This document shows positions 1 to 10,032 of a stretch of DNA of 62,206 bases, piece after piece. The first letter of the stretch is position 1, and every line of letters begins with the position of its first letter. The DNA is from Magnetococcales bacterium DCbin2 (GTDB lineage: Bacteria > Pseudomonadota > Magnetococcia > Magnetococcales > UBA8363), in contig PEAO01000004.1 of NCBI GenBank assembly GCA_002753615.1, forward strand, positions 1 to 62,206, read 5' to 3'. A model generated the notes under the pieces. The model had not been told where the DNA came from and searched no databases. It saw nothing but the letters and a program-made list of their open reading frames with translations. The translations under genes were made by a program, and so were the position numbers.

Positions 1-113
1 AGCTTTTTGTTTAAATTCAAAAACAGAACCCTGGGGGGCAATCCCCCAGACCCCTTTTTTCTTTCAATAATTTTCTAAGGGGGGAACAAAGTATCGAATG
101 TCAACACGGCCTA
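1..113. mobile_element. Partial miniature inverted-repeat (MITE/REP-like) element with GC-rich hairpin core
   Basis: The core CCCTGGGGGGCAATCCCCCAGACCCCTTTTTTCTTTCAATAATT (~29-72) is a near reverse complement of ~62070-62113 and resembles 5757-5812. It ends in AATGTCAACACGGCCTA (97-113), which shares AATGTCAACACG with 61821-61832. Confidence 0.65.
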
Positions 114-141
114 CGGAAAATAGCCAGTAGCAGGCGAAACG

Positions 142-3100
142 CTATACAAGGTGATTCATAATTTCCGCAAGGGCTTTCATGGCGGAGATCGTGTCCATCC
201 GTTTCATGCACGCATCCAGATTCATCAAAGAGGTTTTCTTTGTTAACTGGAAGAATAGTTGCTTCCGAATCTTCTCCAAGAGTTCATCGGCTCCCAAATC
301 TTTCAACACCAATAAACGCCCCAATTCTTTCAGAGACTGGAAGAGTTCGTCCCGATCCATTGGTACGTAGGCATCTTCCCCAAATTCCAGTTCCCTCAAG
401 ATTTTTTGGCACGATGCCTTGGTGGTATCCATCGCCATGGTGAGTCGGTTCAATTGGGATTGTGCCAGGGGGAGATCCTGTTGTTTGATCGCCTTTTCCA
501 ATGCATTGGCAATGGACAGAACTTCCATGGCAGAAATGTTTCCGGCATTGTTTTTGAGGATGTGTACCTCCCGAAAAGCCCCATTAAAATCATGGGCACG
601 CAACAAAGATGTGATTGTATCGCCAGAGACACCATGGCTTTCGATGAAATGAGCCATTAACTGAGCATGGAGAATCCGATCACCATTGCAACGGTTAAGA
701 CTGGCAACTTTATCCAGGCCCGGATAGTCCTCCAAGTGTGAAGAAATCTGGTTCCGTTGAAAAACCGCTGGAAGAATAGGAGGCACACCACCCCCCCCTC
801 TGATCCATTGATGCAGCTTCGCGAACAGTTGTTCAATCTCAATGGGTTTTCCCAGATGATCGTTCATCCCTGCCGCCAAGCATTGTTCTACCTCCTGCGC
901 CATGGCACTGGCGGTCAAGGCGATAATCGGGAGGTGATCAAAACGTCCCATTTCCCGAATCCTCTGGGTCGCTTCCAGTCCATCCATGACCGGCATCTGT
1001 ATATCCATGAGTACAACGTCAAAAGGGGTGCCGGCCAAGCCCACTTTCTCCACCGCCTGCCGACCGTTTTCAGCAACAATCACATCCGCGCCTCGATGCC
1101 GTAAAACCTCCCGAATCAAATCCTGGTTGTCGGGAAGGTCATCCACCAAAAGCACCCTGATGCCAGAGAAATCCTCGACAGATTGTGCAGAATCAGAGAC
1201 CACGAAATTGGGGTCCGGTATTTGGTAAAGCCACAAAAGCAATGTGACCAGTTTCCCAGGCATGATGGGTTTGGATAAAAAACCTCCTACCCCCAAAGCC
1301 CTGGTCTGGGCATCCATTGCATGTTGATCAAATTCCGAGACCATCACTATGATCAGGGCATCAACCAAGCGGTTATCTCTGCGAATCCGCTGAAGAATTT
1401 CCATCCCCGTACCATCCGGCGTTCGCCAATCCAACAGAACGATATCCCAGGGCTTTTCGTTCAGGTCAGTCTGTTTGAAGGTGGCAAGTTCCTCGGATTC
1501 GGAATGGATCACGCGGCATTCCAATCGCAATGATCCAAGAAGTTCCTGCAACAACCGCCCTGAGGTGACATGGGTATTCAAGACCAATACCCGCTTGCCG
1601 TGTATGATTTCAGGCAATACCAAAGGAGGGTCATTTTTTTCCCGATCACGATCAAACCGTACACGCAAGGTGACGGAGGTTCCCCGATCTGGTTCACTCT
1701 CCAAAGAAATGGTCCCACCCATCATCTCCACAAGATTCTGGCAAATCACCAAACCCAGACCTGAGCCACCATATTTGCGGGTTATCGAGTTATCGCTTTG
1801 TTGGAATGATTGAAACAATTTACCAATATGATCTGCTGGAATGCCGATTCCGGTGTCCTGAACCAAAAACTCAAGCTGTACACCATCATCATCGTCAAAG
1901 TGCGATTGGACGGCAATCAATACCTCCCCCTTGTCGGTAAATTTAAGGGCATTGTCTCCCAGGTTCGTCAGTACCTGCCCCAGACGTAGGGCATCTCCTA
2001 CCAAGTTGACGGGAATGTCCACAGGTAAGGAAATCAACATTTCTACATTTTTTTTATTTTGCATTTTAATCGAAAGCCCATCAACCACCTGCTCCAACGC
2101 TTCGATCAGGTTAAAAGGATTCTGTTCCAACTCCAATTTGCCCGCATCGATCTTGGAAAAGTCAAGAATATCGTTGATGATGTGCAGCAGGGCATTGGCG
2201 GCGGTATTGATCCGGGTCAGATATCTTTCCTTTTCCAGAAATATCGGGGTTTGCCGGGCGAGGTAACACATGCCGATAATGGAATTCATGGGTGTTCGGA
2301 TTTCGTGGCTCATTTTGGCCAAAAATTGGCCTTTGGCTGTATTGGCCTGTTGCGCTTTTTCTTCGCTCAAGCGCAGATTGGTCTCCAGTTCTCGACGCTC
2401 GGTGATATCACGAACCACGGCAAGATTATATTCCTGGTCATTGAATTTCATGTAATTGGCACAGATCTCCACTGGGAGTGCCCGTGCATTCTTACGGACA
2501 AGATCGGCCTCGAAGGTCAATAAACCTTTACGCTTGAGTTCTCTCCAATGATCGGGCCAAACATTTTGCGGATGCTTGGGGTTCAGGTCGGAGGCGCGCA
2601 TGGTCAGGAGGGTCTCACGGGTATAACCCAAGCGATTGATGACCGCCTGATTGAACCGTAAGAAACGACCATCGGGATGGACCCAAAACACCATGTCGTT
2701 GGTATTTTCAAGCGACACCTGAGCCAGTTGAAACTGAGTTTCAGCCCGTTTTTTGTCCGTGACATCATCAAAGATAACCACAATCTCCTTGGATTCCAGT
2801 TGAAAGATATAATTTTCCAGCCAGATTTGATGTGGTTTTCCCTGGAAAAGGGTTGCGGAATGCTGTTTCGCCAGACCTGTGTTAAAAACTTCCTGGCAAA
2901 CAGCGAACAGGCCCGATTCGTGAGCATTATCGAAAATAATGCCAATACTTTTCCCAAAAACCTGTTCCAGGCCATCCAAATGGTTGATTTTTACCCCCGC
3001 TTGGTTGATATCCCGGAGCATAAAATCTTTGCCGTCGTCTCCGATTCTGAAGACTGCTACACCACTGTTCATGGCATTGAACAAGGCTCGAAACCGCTGT

Positions 3101-5727
3101 TCACTCTGTGCCAAGTCACGCTCAGCCTTTCGCCGTTTTTCCATTTCGCGTAGGCGTCGTATCCCTTCCGACATGTGTTGTGTCAGCCCGGTCAGAAGCT
3201 GGACTTCGGTTTCATCAAAAGTATTGCGCAGCGATGAATAGAGGTTGAGAATGCCGAAGAGAGTACCATTTTCCTCCAAGGGCAACGCAATACTTGAGGC
3301 AATGCCCCTTTTCAGGGCTTCTTCACGCCAGGGTTTATAATTGAGATCGTGTTGAACATCCTGGGATATCTGGAACATACCGCTTCGGACGGCATGGCCG
3401 GCTGGCCCCTGTCCCGAGGGGGAATCTTCATCCCAACTGCTTTCCAGTTGCTCTGGAAAACCCATTTCAAATCCGTGTTGCGCCACAGGAACGACCCGTT
3501 TTGACGCACCCTGATCGATGAATCCCACCCAGGCCAGTCGGTAACCGGCTTCATCGACCATCACTTGACATAGCTGGTGCAGGGTGGTGATTTCACCCGT
3601 GGCCGACGCTAGAATTTCTGAGAATCGATAGCGCGTCTGCAAATCCCGGTTGACCTGGGCAAGCCTTTTTTCCGTCTGTTTCCTTTGTGTGATATCATAT
3701 TGGACGCCAACAAAGTTACAAACCTCACCCGCTGCGTCACACAAAGGGCTGATCGACAGTGATGACCAGTAAGGTTCTCCCGATTTTTTCATATTGAGAA
3801 GTTCACCCTGCCACATCTCCTTGGCAATGATACGCTTCCAAAGCGATTCATAGGCCTGGGGATCCTGATCCGGCGACTTCAGCAGGCGCGGATTTTCGCC
3901 CACCACCTCTTGGAGCTGGTAACCAGTCATCCGGGTGAACTGAGTATTGACGAATTCGATCCGACCATCGGGGTCAGTAATCATTACCGCAGAGGGACCC
4001 TGTTCCAAGGCACTGGACAATTTCCTCAGTTCGGTAGTCTGTCTGAAAATCTTGATCTCTGATGCCCGTACCAAGCTTAAAATGAGTGCCACGGTCCATA
4101 TGGCAAACAAGGCGTAGAGACGGTTGGTCAGTACCATCCAGAGGATGCCATCGGAGGTGGAAAGCAAATAGCCGGCAAGGGTCAAGAGGCTGGCAATCAT
4201 TGCAAGCCCGAGTATTTGACTGCGTTTGGGATACCACCGTCCCAGCATTACAAAAGCAACGTAGGGAACCCCACCGGCCACCCCCAGGGGCATGGCAATA
4301 TCCAGGGCCAGAATGGCTATCCCCATCCACAACGTCAACACCACCAGGGGGAGCGTCAGGGCCGGCTGATCTCCTGGATGAAGTGGCGTTATGACCCGTT
4401 CGACATGATTCAAAGAGTCTGTTTCAGAAGCAGCCATACGTTTGGATATGACAATGGCACCAAAAATAATCAGCACGACGGAAACTATAAAGGTTTGGAT
4501 GCCTGCGGAGAAAAAAGGCTGCCGTATCTCACTCATATCGATTTTAGCCACCAGCCCACTCTGCAAGATCTCCAGAGAAGCGTAAGCCGCAAGGACATCC
4601 ACCGCCCGATAATCTTTTTCGGCAACCACCCCTTGTTGACCGGCCAGTGCCAAACGCATGGGTTGGGCGATGTTCGATGTGATGGGAATCTTGGGTACAT
4701 CCTGACCCGTTATTGTTGATCTTAAAAGAAATTGAATATATTTTCCGTTCAACTGCCCCAGCACGAACTCTCCGCTTTGTCCAAATCCATTTTTTTCTGC
4801 ATAGGCATCGACAAACCGGGCCAGGGTATTTCCCTGGTTAGTCCGCCAAGTGGTCGATAAACCCTTCTCCCCCTCACGATGACCAATCAGTTCAATCAGG
4901 TTCTTCTGGTTGTTGACCATCTCGGAGAGAAAGGATTTGGTCTGATTGTAAGAAGCTTGATAGAGAATGATATGGGCTGCCGTGGTCACAGCCAAGGTAA
5001 CCACCGCCATGATAAGTACCAGATAAAAGGTTCTCTCAACCCAACTGATGGCTTGGTGCTGGGCAATATGATCCAGGCCATAATTTTTCCCTAAAGCACT
5101 GGATTCCATCTGCCAGACCAAAAGGGTTCCGAGACCGATGGTAAAAATGGCTATGGCCAAGGCCAAAAGAACTGAATTAATAAATGGTTCGTGTAATTCT
5201 TCCGTATCAATTTTGCTCACCAGACCGACACCCAACTCGGGAATAAACTGGTGGGCCGCGAGAACCTTCACCCCACGATAATCCAATGTCGTGATCAGAC
5301 CATTTTCCCCCGCTAGGGCGCGTTGCATGGGTTTGGCCAGATCTCCGGTCATCGGCAAAGGGTCGGGATGGCGGTGAATGAGTCTTGATGTCACAAGAAA
5401 CTCAATCGTTCCATCCTTTTCTCGTCCCAAAACAAACTCTCCCGATCGACCAAAACCGTGTTGCCGGTCAAGCGCGGTCACAGCATGACGAAGGGCCTCC
5501 TTACCGGGACCACCGGGATACAAACCGCCATGAGTTTCCGCTTCGAAGAGATGGATGGTCTGAATCAAAACGGCTTGGCTTTGAACCATCTGCCGCAGGT
5601 GGGTCTCTTCCGTTTTGATGGAAAAGTGAAAAACGAACGAGAGTGACAGAGCTGTGGCCACGATGGAAACCACAGCCATAATGAGCACGAGGGAAAGGAT
5701 GTGGGAACGCAATGTTGTGGATTGCAC
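142..5727 (-). CDS. Hybrid sensor histidine kinase (2x TM-Cache-like-TM, multi-TM domain, PAS, GAF, PAS, PAS, HisKA, HATPase_c, REC, REC, Hpt), 1861 aa
   Basis: GTG start. H-box FLAKMSHEIRTPMNSIIG, N-box QVLTNLGDNALKFT, G-boxes DTGIGI and GGSGLGL. Receivers DIVLLDWRTPDGTG and DVVLMDIQMPVMDG, Hpt VHILKNNAGNISA. PAS VMITDPDGRIEFVN..TGY and GAF GYRLAWVG. Confidence 0.93.
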   Translation of the reverse strand: MQSTTLRSHILSLVLIMAVVSIVATALSLSFVFHFSIKTEETHLRQMVQSQAVLIQTIHLFEAETHGGLYPGGPGKEALRHAVTALDRQHGFGRSGEFVLGREKDGTIEFLVTSRLIHRHPDPLPMTGDLAKPMQRALAGENGLITTLDYRGVKVLAAHQFIPELGVGLVSKIDTEELHEPFINSVLLALAIAIFTIGLGTLLVWQMESSALGKNYGLDHIAQHQAISWVERTFYLVLIMAVVTLAVTTAAHIILYQASYNQTKSFLSEMVNNQKNLIELIGHREGEKGLSTTWRTNQGNTLARFVDAYAEKNGFGQSGEFVLGQLNGKYIQFLLRSTITGQDVPKIPITSNIAQPMRLALAGQQGVVAEKDYRAVDVLAAYASLEILQSGLVAKIDMSEIRQPFFSAGIQTFIVSVVLIIFGAIVISKRMAASETDSLNHVERVITPLHPGDQPALTLPLVVLTLWMGIAILALDIAMPLGVAGGVPYVAFVMLGRWYPKRSQILGLAMIASLLTLAGYLLSTSDGILWMVLTNRLYALFAIWTVALILSLVRASEIKIFRQTTELRKLSSALEQGPSAVMITDPDGRIEFVNTQFTRMTGYQLQEVVGENPRLLKSPDQDPQAYESLWKRIIAKEMWQGELLNMKKSGEPYWSSLSISPLCDAAGEVCNFVGVQYDITQRKQTEKRLAQVNRDLQTRYRFSEILASATGEITTLHQLCQVMVDEAGYRLAWVGFIDQGASKRVVPVAQHGFEMGFPEQLESSWDEDSPSGQGPAGHAVRSGMFQISQDVQHDLNYKPWREEALKRGIASSIALPLEENGTLFGILNLYSSLRNTFDETEVQLLTGLTQHMSEGIRRLREMEKRRKAERDLAQSEQRFRALFNAMNSGVAVFRIGDDGKDFMLRDINQAGVKINHLDGLEQVFGKSIGIIFDNAHESGLFAVCQEVFNTGLAKQHSATLFQGKPHQIWLENYIFQLESKEIVVIFDDVTDKKRAETQFQLAQVSLENTNDMVFWVHPDGRFLRFNQAVINRLGYTRETLLTMRASDLNPKHPQNVWPDHWRELKRKGLLTFEADLVRKNARALPVEICANYMKFNDQEYNLAVVRDITERRELETNLRLSEEKAQQANTAKGQFLAKMSHEIRTPMNSIIGMCYLARQTPIFLEKERYLTRINTAANALLHIINDILDFSKIDAGKLELEQNPFNLIEALEQVVDGLSIKMQNKKNVEMLISLPVDIPVNLVGDALRLGQVLTNLGDNALKFTDKGEVLIAVQSHFDDDDGVQLEFLVQDTGIGIPADHIGKLFQSFQQSDNSITRKYGGSGLGLVICQNLVEMMGGTISLESEPDRGTSVTLRVRFDRDREKNDPPLVLPEIIHGKRVLVLNTHVTSGRLLQELLGSLRLECRVIHSESEELATFKQTDLNEKPWDIVLLDWRTPDGTGMEILQRIRRDNRLVDALIIVMVSEFDQHAMDAQTRALGVGGFLSKPIMPGKLVTLLLWLYQIPDPNFVVSDSAQSVEDFSGIRVLLVDDLPDNQDLIREVLRHRGADVIVAENGRQAVEKVGLAGTPFDVVLMDIQMPVMDGLEATQRIREMGRFDHLPIIALTASAMAQEVEQCLAAGMNDHLGKPIEIEQLFAKLHQWIRGGGGVPPILPAVFQRNQISSHLEDYPGLDKVASLNRCNGDRILHAQLMAHFIESHGVSGDTITSLLRAHDFNGAFREVHILKNNAGNISAMEVLSIANALEKAIKQQDLPLAQSQLNRLTMAMDTTKASCQKILRELEFGEDAYVPMDRDELFQSLKELGRLLVLKDLGADELLEKIRKQLFFQLTKKTSLMNLDACMKRMDTISAMKALAEIMNHLV

Positions 5728-5755
5728 CGTTTCTCGTTCCCCTGGAAAAATGATC

Positions 5756-5812
5756 GAAAGAAAGAAAAGGGGTCCGGGAGATTGCCCCCAGACCCCTTTC
5801 TTCTTTCAATAA
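5756..5812. repeat. GC-rich palindromic REP-like repeat between siaC and the kinase gene; possible terminator or mRNA stabiliser
   Basis: GAAAGAAAGAAAAGGGGTCCGGGAGATTGCCCCCAGACCCCTTTCTTCTTTCAATAAT is an imperfect hairpin from the same family as the copies at the window ends. Confidence 0.75.
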
Positions 5813-6199
5813 TCACGACCTATGTGGAACCAAATTAAATGTTGCAATTTTCAGATCCTCGCCAAACTCCTCACCCAACTCTTCCATGTTGTCATCTTCG
5901 GCATCAAACAGCCAGTTCACGGTCACAGCGACCCCTTTCTCCGCTGTTTTTTCCAACAGATCAAACAGTTTCATCACAACCTTGGCACTGGTGCTGTTAA
6001 AATAGGTCATTTCAAAGTTAAATGCGACGTTTCCGCTATTCAATCCTCCCAGGTGTCGATCTAACGCACTGATGTAAGGTCCAAAAAAAGCCGGAACGTC
6101 TTCGGGATACGACTCTCCTCTGAGGGAGAATACATTGTTCCCAAAGTTAAAATCGACTTCGGGAGAACGTTCGGTCCGATCAATTCTCATGCTATCCAT
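5813..6199 (-). CDS. siaC: SiaC family phosphoprotein (DUF1987), 128 aa
   Basis: Motifs TERSPEVDF, LRGESYPED, YFNSTSAK (phosphoacceptor region) and NWLFDAEDDNMEELGEEF. It lies directly downstream of a SiaB-like gene. Confidence 0.92.
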   Translation of the reverse strand: MDSMRIDRTERSPEVDFNFGNNVFSLRGESYPEDVPAFFGPYISALDRHLGGLNSGNVAFNFEMTYFNSTSAKVVMKLFDLLEKTAEKGVAVTVNWLFDAEDDNMEELGEEFGEDLKIATFNLVPHRS

Positions 6200-6219
6200 G
6201 TGCGTCGCCCCTTACAGAC

Positions 6220-6771
6220 TCAGATATAAGCTTTTAAAGAAAAATAAGCGTAATCTCCATCCAGGTTCAGAAAATCGAACTCAATTGGGCGACTCGCTTT
6301 TTTGGCAATGTCCACAAAACCAACGCCCGCACCCTTGCTGCCCTCTGGGGTTTCTCCCCGCAGTATCTGCTTGTAGAGCGTCTTAAGCCCGTCATGATCC
6401 ATTTTACTGATCATGTCGAGCTGGCCGTTCAGCCGTTCCACATCTTTTTTCTGTACCTTGTTCCCACAGGTGACAAAGTAGCTCTCCGCATCATGCCCGA
6501 CAGTGAGCAGACCGTAGCTGAGAACTGACTCTTCAGGTGCGTCATCAGGCTCCCGTTCTGCGGAATAACGAATGACGTTTTGCATTTGTTCTACAAAAAC
6601 CGAAAAAACGCCACGGACAGTTTTAACATCAAGTGCTTCCATGATCAGCTTTTGTTTAATGGCCTGGCCGAGTCCAGAAAGGATCGCTTCGGTCATATAC
6701 CCGCTGTAGCAGAATATGACCCCCTCATCGTGGAGAACTTGGCGAATTTGGTACTGTTTTTGTGACAACAT
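6220..6771 (-). CDS. siaB: SiaB family protein kinase (DUF6272)
   Basis: Motifs FCYSGYMTE, VFSVFVEQMQNVIRYS and SKGAGVGFVDIAKKASRPIEFDF. The start is moved from the ORF-track 6879 to ATG 6771 (MLSQKQ), which has AGGA upstream. ATG 6780 is an alternative. Confidence 0.9.
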   Translation of the reverse strand: MLSQKQYQIRQVLHDEGVIFCYSGYMTEAILSGLGQAIKQKLIMEALDVKTVRGVFSVFVEQMQNVIRYSAEREPDDAPEESVLSYGLLTVGHDAESYFVTCGNKVQKKDVERLNGQLDMISKMDHDGLKTLYKQILRGETPEGSKGAGVGFVDIAKKASRPIEFDFLNLDGDYAYFSLKAYI

Positions 6772-6912
6772 GATAGTCATCCTGGATTTTATGGTTTGGT
6801 CGCAATTCCATCCAACGATGGAACATCCGTCCGACGACAACGCCTTGCCAGCCCATTCCCGCTTAAGGGAACATGTCACACCCTTCGCTATTTCCGGCTC
6901 TGCCCGACCGTT

Positions 6913-8970
6913 TTATCGAAGAAACTGGGCAACATCCACTTCATCCATCTGGTTTGGTTCCAAGAATCTATCGGCATACTTGCGGAAGACGCCACTTTCC
7001 AGAAAAATATGGAACAGGTCGGGATCGATGTGTTTGTCTTTTTTCATGAAACTCATGATGCGTACCGCCTGGCTCAAGGTTTTAGGCTCCTTGTAAGGAC
7101 GATCCGTCGCGGTCAACGCTTCAAAGACATCTGCGATAGCCATAATACGGGCCGGAACCGACATTTCATCATGCGTCAATTTACGGGGATAACCCGATCC
7201 GATCATAGTCTCGTGGTGCGCCCCGGCATACTCGGGGACAAGTTCCATCCCTTCAGGAAAGGGAAGTTGGCTCAACATGGCCAAGGTCTGGACTACATGC
7301 TCATTGATTTTATACCGCTCTTCGGCGTTCAGAGTGCCGCGATCGATGCAAAGGTTATAGATTTCGCCCATATTATAAAGATGTTGGGGAGCTGGCATCT
7401 GAATGCCCAACGCCGCATCCCGTTTGATGGTGTCGCGCTCTCGTGGGATGATGTGTTCCAGTTTGTCGTCTAACAACCGTTCTTCCATGGCGTTGGCATT
7501 CGTGGCAACGGTCCCTTTTCGTTTGAGTTCGGCATGGGACAATCCGATGCGATCATCAAAATGTCGCGTCCAGGTTTGTTGAGCCATCTGCTTGACGCGC
7601 TCTTTTTTTTCCGGTGCCATAAACTCTCCGCCGACGTTGCATTCGGCAATGAAGGCATAATCTTCCTGTAGGTTTTTGATTCGGGCATCGAATACCGCTT
7701 TCAGATCATCTCTCTTTTGCCAGTCATCCATGACCCCTCTGAGATAGGCAATTTCAGCGTCGCGGTAAAGTACCTCGAAGCGCATACGCACCTCGTGGAT
7801 TCGGTTATAGATGGTTTCCAGCTTGGTCGCCTTATCCACGACATATTCCGGCGTCGTTACCTTTCCGCAATCATGCAACCAAGCCGATAGATGCATGGCA
7901 CTATGTTCATCGGGAGTCATCTTAAAAGCTGCAAAAGGACCATGGTCGATTCGGCATACCGCTTCGGCCAACATGTTCGCCAGCTCCGGTACCCGTTCAC
8001 AGTGACCACCCGTATAAGGTGATTTGGCGTCAATGGCGGAGGCGATCAGGCGGATGAAGGAATTAAAAAGTTCCTTCTGAGACTGAAGAAGGGTCTGGTT
8101 ATCCAGCGTCATGGATGCCTGTGCCGCCAAAGCTTCCACAAACTTGACGACATCCGGGTCAAAAGGGATCACCTTGCCGGTTTTGATATCCATGGCGTTG
8201 ATAAGCTGAAGAACACCGATCACCTTGCCTTGGCGCGGCTTGAGCGGAACGGTCAGAAACGATTGCGAACGATATCCGGTCCCTTGATCAAACTGACGGA
8301 CGCCTGAAAAATCAAAGCGATCCGAATTGTAGGCATCCTCGATGACCACGGTCTCGCCGGAAAGGGCGGAATAACTGGCGACGTTGCGATGGTTGGGTTC
8401 ACCTGTTGCGGGATCCTTCAGCATGACGGCGGGCAAAAAAACCGGACTGCCACCAGGACCACCCATGGCGATTCCCAGAGAATCGGTCCGAACAATGCTG
8501 AATCTGAGATTGTCCTCTTTGGTCCGAAGATAAAGGGTTCCGGCATCGGCATGGGTCAAATTTTTTCCCCCTTGGAGGATATTTTCCAACAGGGCATCCA
8601 AGGATCGTTCAGCTGAGAGAGAAATCCCAAGAGAAACCAATTTTTCAAGCTTCTCCTTGGTCTTTACGAGGTCCGCAGTACGCTCCAGAACTGTCCTTTC
8701 CAAAGTCTCGGCGTGGCCGGAAAGTTGGGCATGGGCCTCACTCAGTGCTTGTTGCTGCGTCTGGATTTGGGCATGGGCTTGTTTGATTTTTTCCTCGCTG
8801 CGGTCACTCATCCGCATCAACCGCTGACTCCCCTTGAAAAGTTTTCTGTAGTCCTTCAAGAGGTTTTCCAACCCTACGGCCAAATCTTCCGCTGGGGCGT
8901 CTCGCCGATCAAGAAGAGCCGTTGCGGCATCGATGGCAGCATTTTCGTTTTCAAAAAGGTCAAAGCCCAT
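6913..8970 (-). CDS. SiaD-like N-terminal helical region + GAF + HD-GYP c-di-GMP phosphodiesterase
   Basis: N-terminus LLKDYRKLFKGSQRLMRMSDRSEEKI. GAF ADAGTLYL...SFLTVPLK...VIGVLQLIN. HD-GYP motifs DAKSPYTGGHCERV, LHDCGKV, HHETMIGSGYP and IADVFEALTATDRPYK. ATG 8970 has AGGAAG upstream. Confidence 0.9.
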   Translation of the reverse strand: MGFDLFENENAAIDAATALLDRRDAPAEDLAVGLENLLKDYRKLFKGSQRLMRMSDRSEEKIKQAHAQIQTQQQALSEAHAQLSGHAETLERTVLERTADLVKTKEKLEKLVSLGISLSAERSLDALLENILQGGKNLTHADAGTLYLRTKEDNLRFSIVRTDSLGIAMGGPGGSPVFLPAVMLKDPATGEPNHRNVASYSALSGETVVIEDAYNSDRFDFSGVRQFDQGTGYRSQSFLTVPLKPRQGKVIGVLQLINAMDIKTGKVIPFDPDVVKFVEALAAQASMTLDNQTLLQSQKELFNSFIRLIASAIDAKSPYTGGHCERVPELANMLAEAVCRIDHGPFAAFKMTPDEHSAMHLSAWLHDCGKVTTPEYVVDKATKLETIYNRIHEVRMRFEVLYRDAEIAYLRGVMDDWQKRDDLKAVFDARIKNLQEDYAFIAECNVGGEFMAPEKKERVKQMAQQTWTRHFDDRIGLSHAELKRKGTVATNANAMEERLLDDKLEHIIPRERDTIKRDAALGIQMPAPQHLYNMGEIYNLCIDRGTLNAEERYKINEHVVQTLAMLSQLPFPEGMELVPEYAGAHHETMIGSGYPRKLTHDEMSVPARIMAIADVFEALTATDRPYKEPKTLSQAVRIMSFMKKDKHIDPDLFHIFLESGVFRKYADRFLEPNQMDEVDVAQFLR

Positions 8971-9068
8971 GTTCACTTCCTGTTGCTTGGAAACTTAGCA
9001 AAACGGCGCAAAAAAGAGACAACCCGAAATCCTGTTCAAAACCTCCGCGCATGAAGGTGGTCCCCCTT

Positions 9069-9851
9069 TTAGTGATCCAGCGTGGGAGGCTCTACGTGAT
9101 GAATCTTATAAAGTTCGGTCACCCTTCCCGAAGCACTCATCTCAGCCAGAGTTGCGTTCAAGGCGGGAAACGAAGCGGCATGGGGTGACTTTTTCGACAT
9201 ACCATAAAAATTACCGATTTTTTGGTTAAAGTGATAATCGGCAACGGTGTAATCCTTGAAGTTCAACCCCGCCAGTACCCCCTCCATCGCTGGACGATCC
9301 AACAATGCAATTGTTTCAAAACGGCCACCGATGAACATTCGGGCCAAGCTGGAATCGTCCGATGATGTTTCTTTGCGGATGGTCTCATCGCCATCGAAGG
9401 GATCGAAATAGGCCGTCTTCAACTTGACCCCCACCACCAGGGAACGCAGATCCTCGTAGACACGGATACGACCCTCCTGCCCCTTGCGTACTAAAAAATG
9501 AATATCTTTTTCCTGATAACCAATAGGGCCAAGAAACTGAACAAAAGCTTCCCGATCCGTCGTTCGAATGACACGGGGAACGATATCGACATTCCCGACT
9601 TCCAGATCATGCAGACTCTTTGGAAACGGGACAACATGCCATTCAACCCGAAACCCGTTCCGGGTCGCCGCCTCCTCCAGAATATCCTTCAGGGGACCGG
9701 AAATCTTTTCCCCCTCACCAACGATCATCTCTGGGGGACGTGGGCGATAGTCGGCCTTGAGTAATTTTTCCTCAGCCACGGCCCAATGCGCCAAACCCGC
9801 CACCAGTAAGAATATCCAAAAAATTCGTGTAAGATTCATAGGATTCGCCAT
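9069..9851 (-). CDS. Extracytoplasmic solute-binding protein, family 3 (orphan; no permease or ATPase nearby)
   Basis: Signal peptide (IFWIFLLVAGLAHWAVA). Motifs SGPLKDILEEA, VPFPKSLHDLEVGNVDI and LNATLAEMSASG. The start may be 9851 or 9839. Confidence 0.82.
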   Translation of the reverse strand: MANPMNLTRIFWIFLLVAGLAHWAVAEEKLLKADYRPRPPEMIVGEGEKISGPLKDILEEAATRNGFRVEWHVVPFPKSLHDLEVGNVDIVPRVIRTTDREAFVQFLGPIGYQEKDIHFLVRKGQEGRIRVYEDLRSLVVGVKLKTAYFDPFDGDETIRKETSSDDSSLARMFIGGRFETIALLDRPAMEGVLAGLNFKDYTVADYHFNQKIGNFYGMSKKSPHAASFPALNATLAEMSASGRVTELYKIHHVEPPTLDH

Positions 9852-10032
9852 CTTCAGTCTTGGGGGAACCAAGTAACGGCAGCCAACTGTTGCCACCAAC
9901 GCACCGACCTTACCGCCACGCTATCAACTGCCTACGGTTGGAACCCGAACGAGTATAGTGTATCATGCTAGAAAGATAAACCTTCTATCCAGGAAATCCC
10001 AGGCGATATTTCCGAAACCATGTTGAGGGAAA

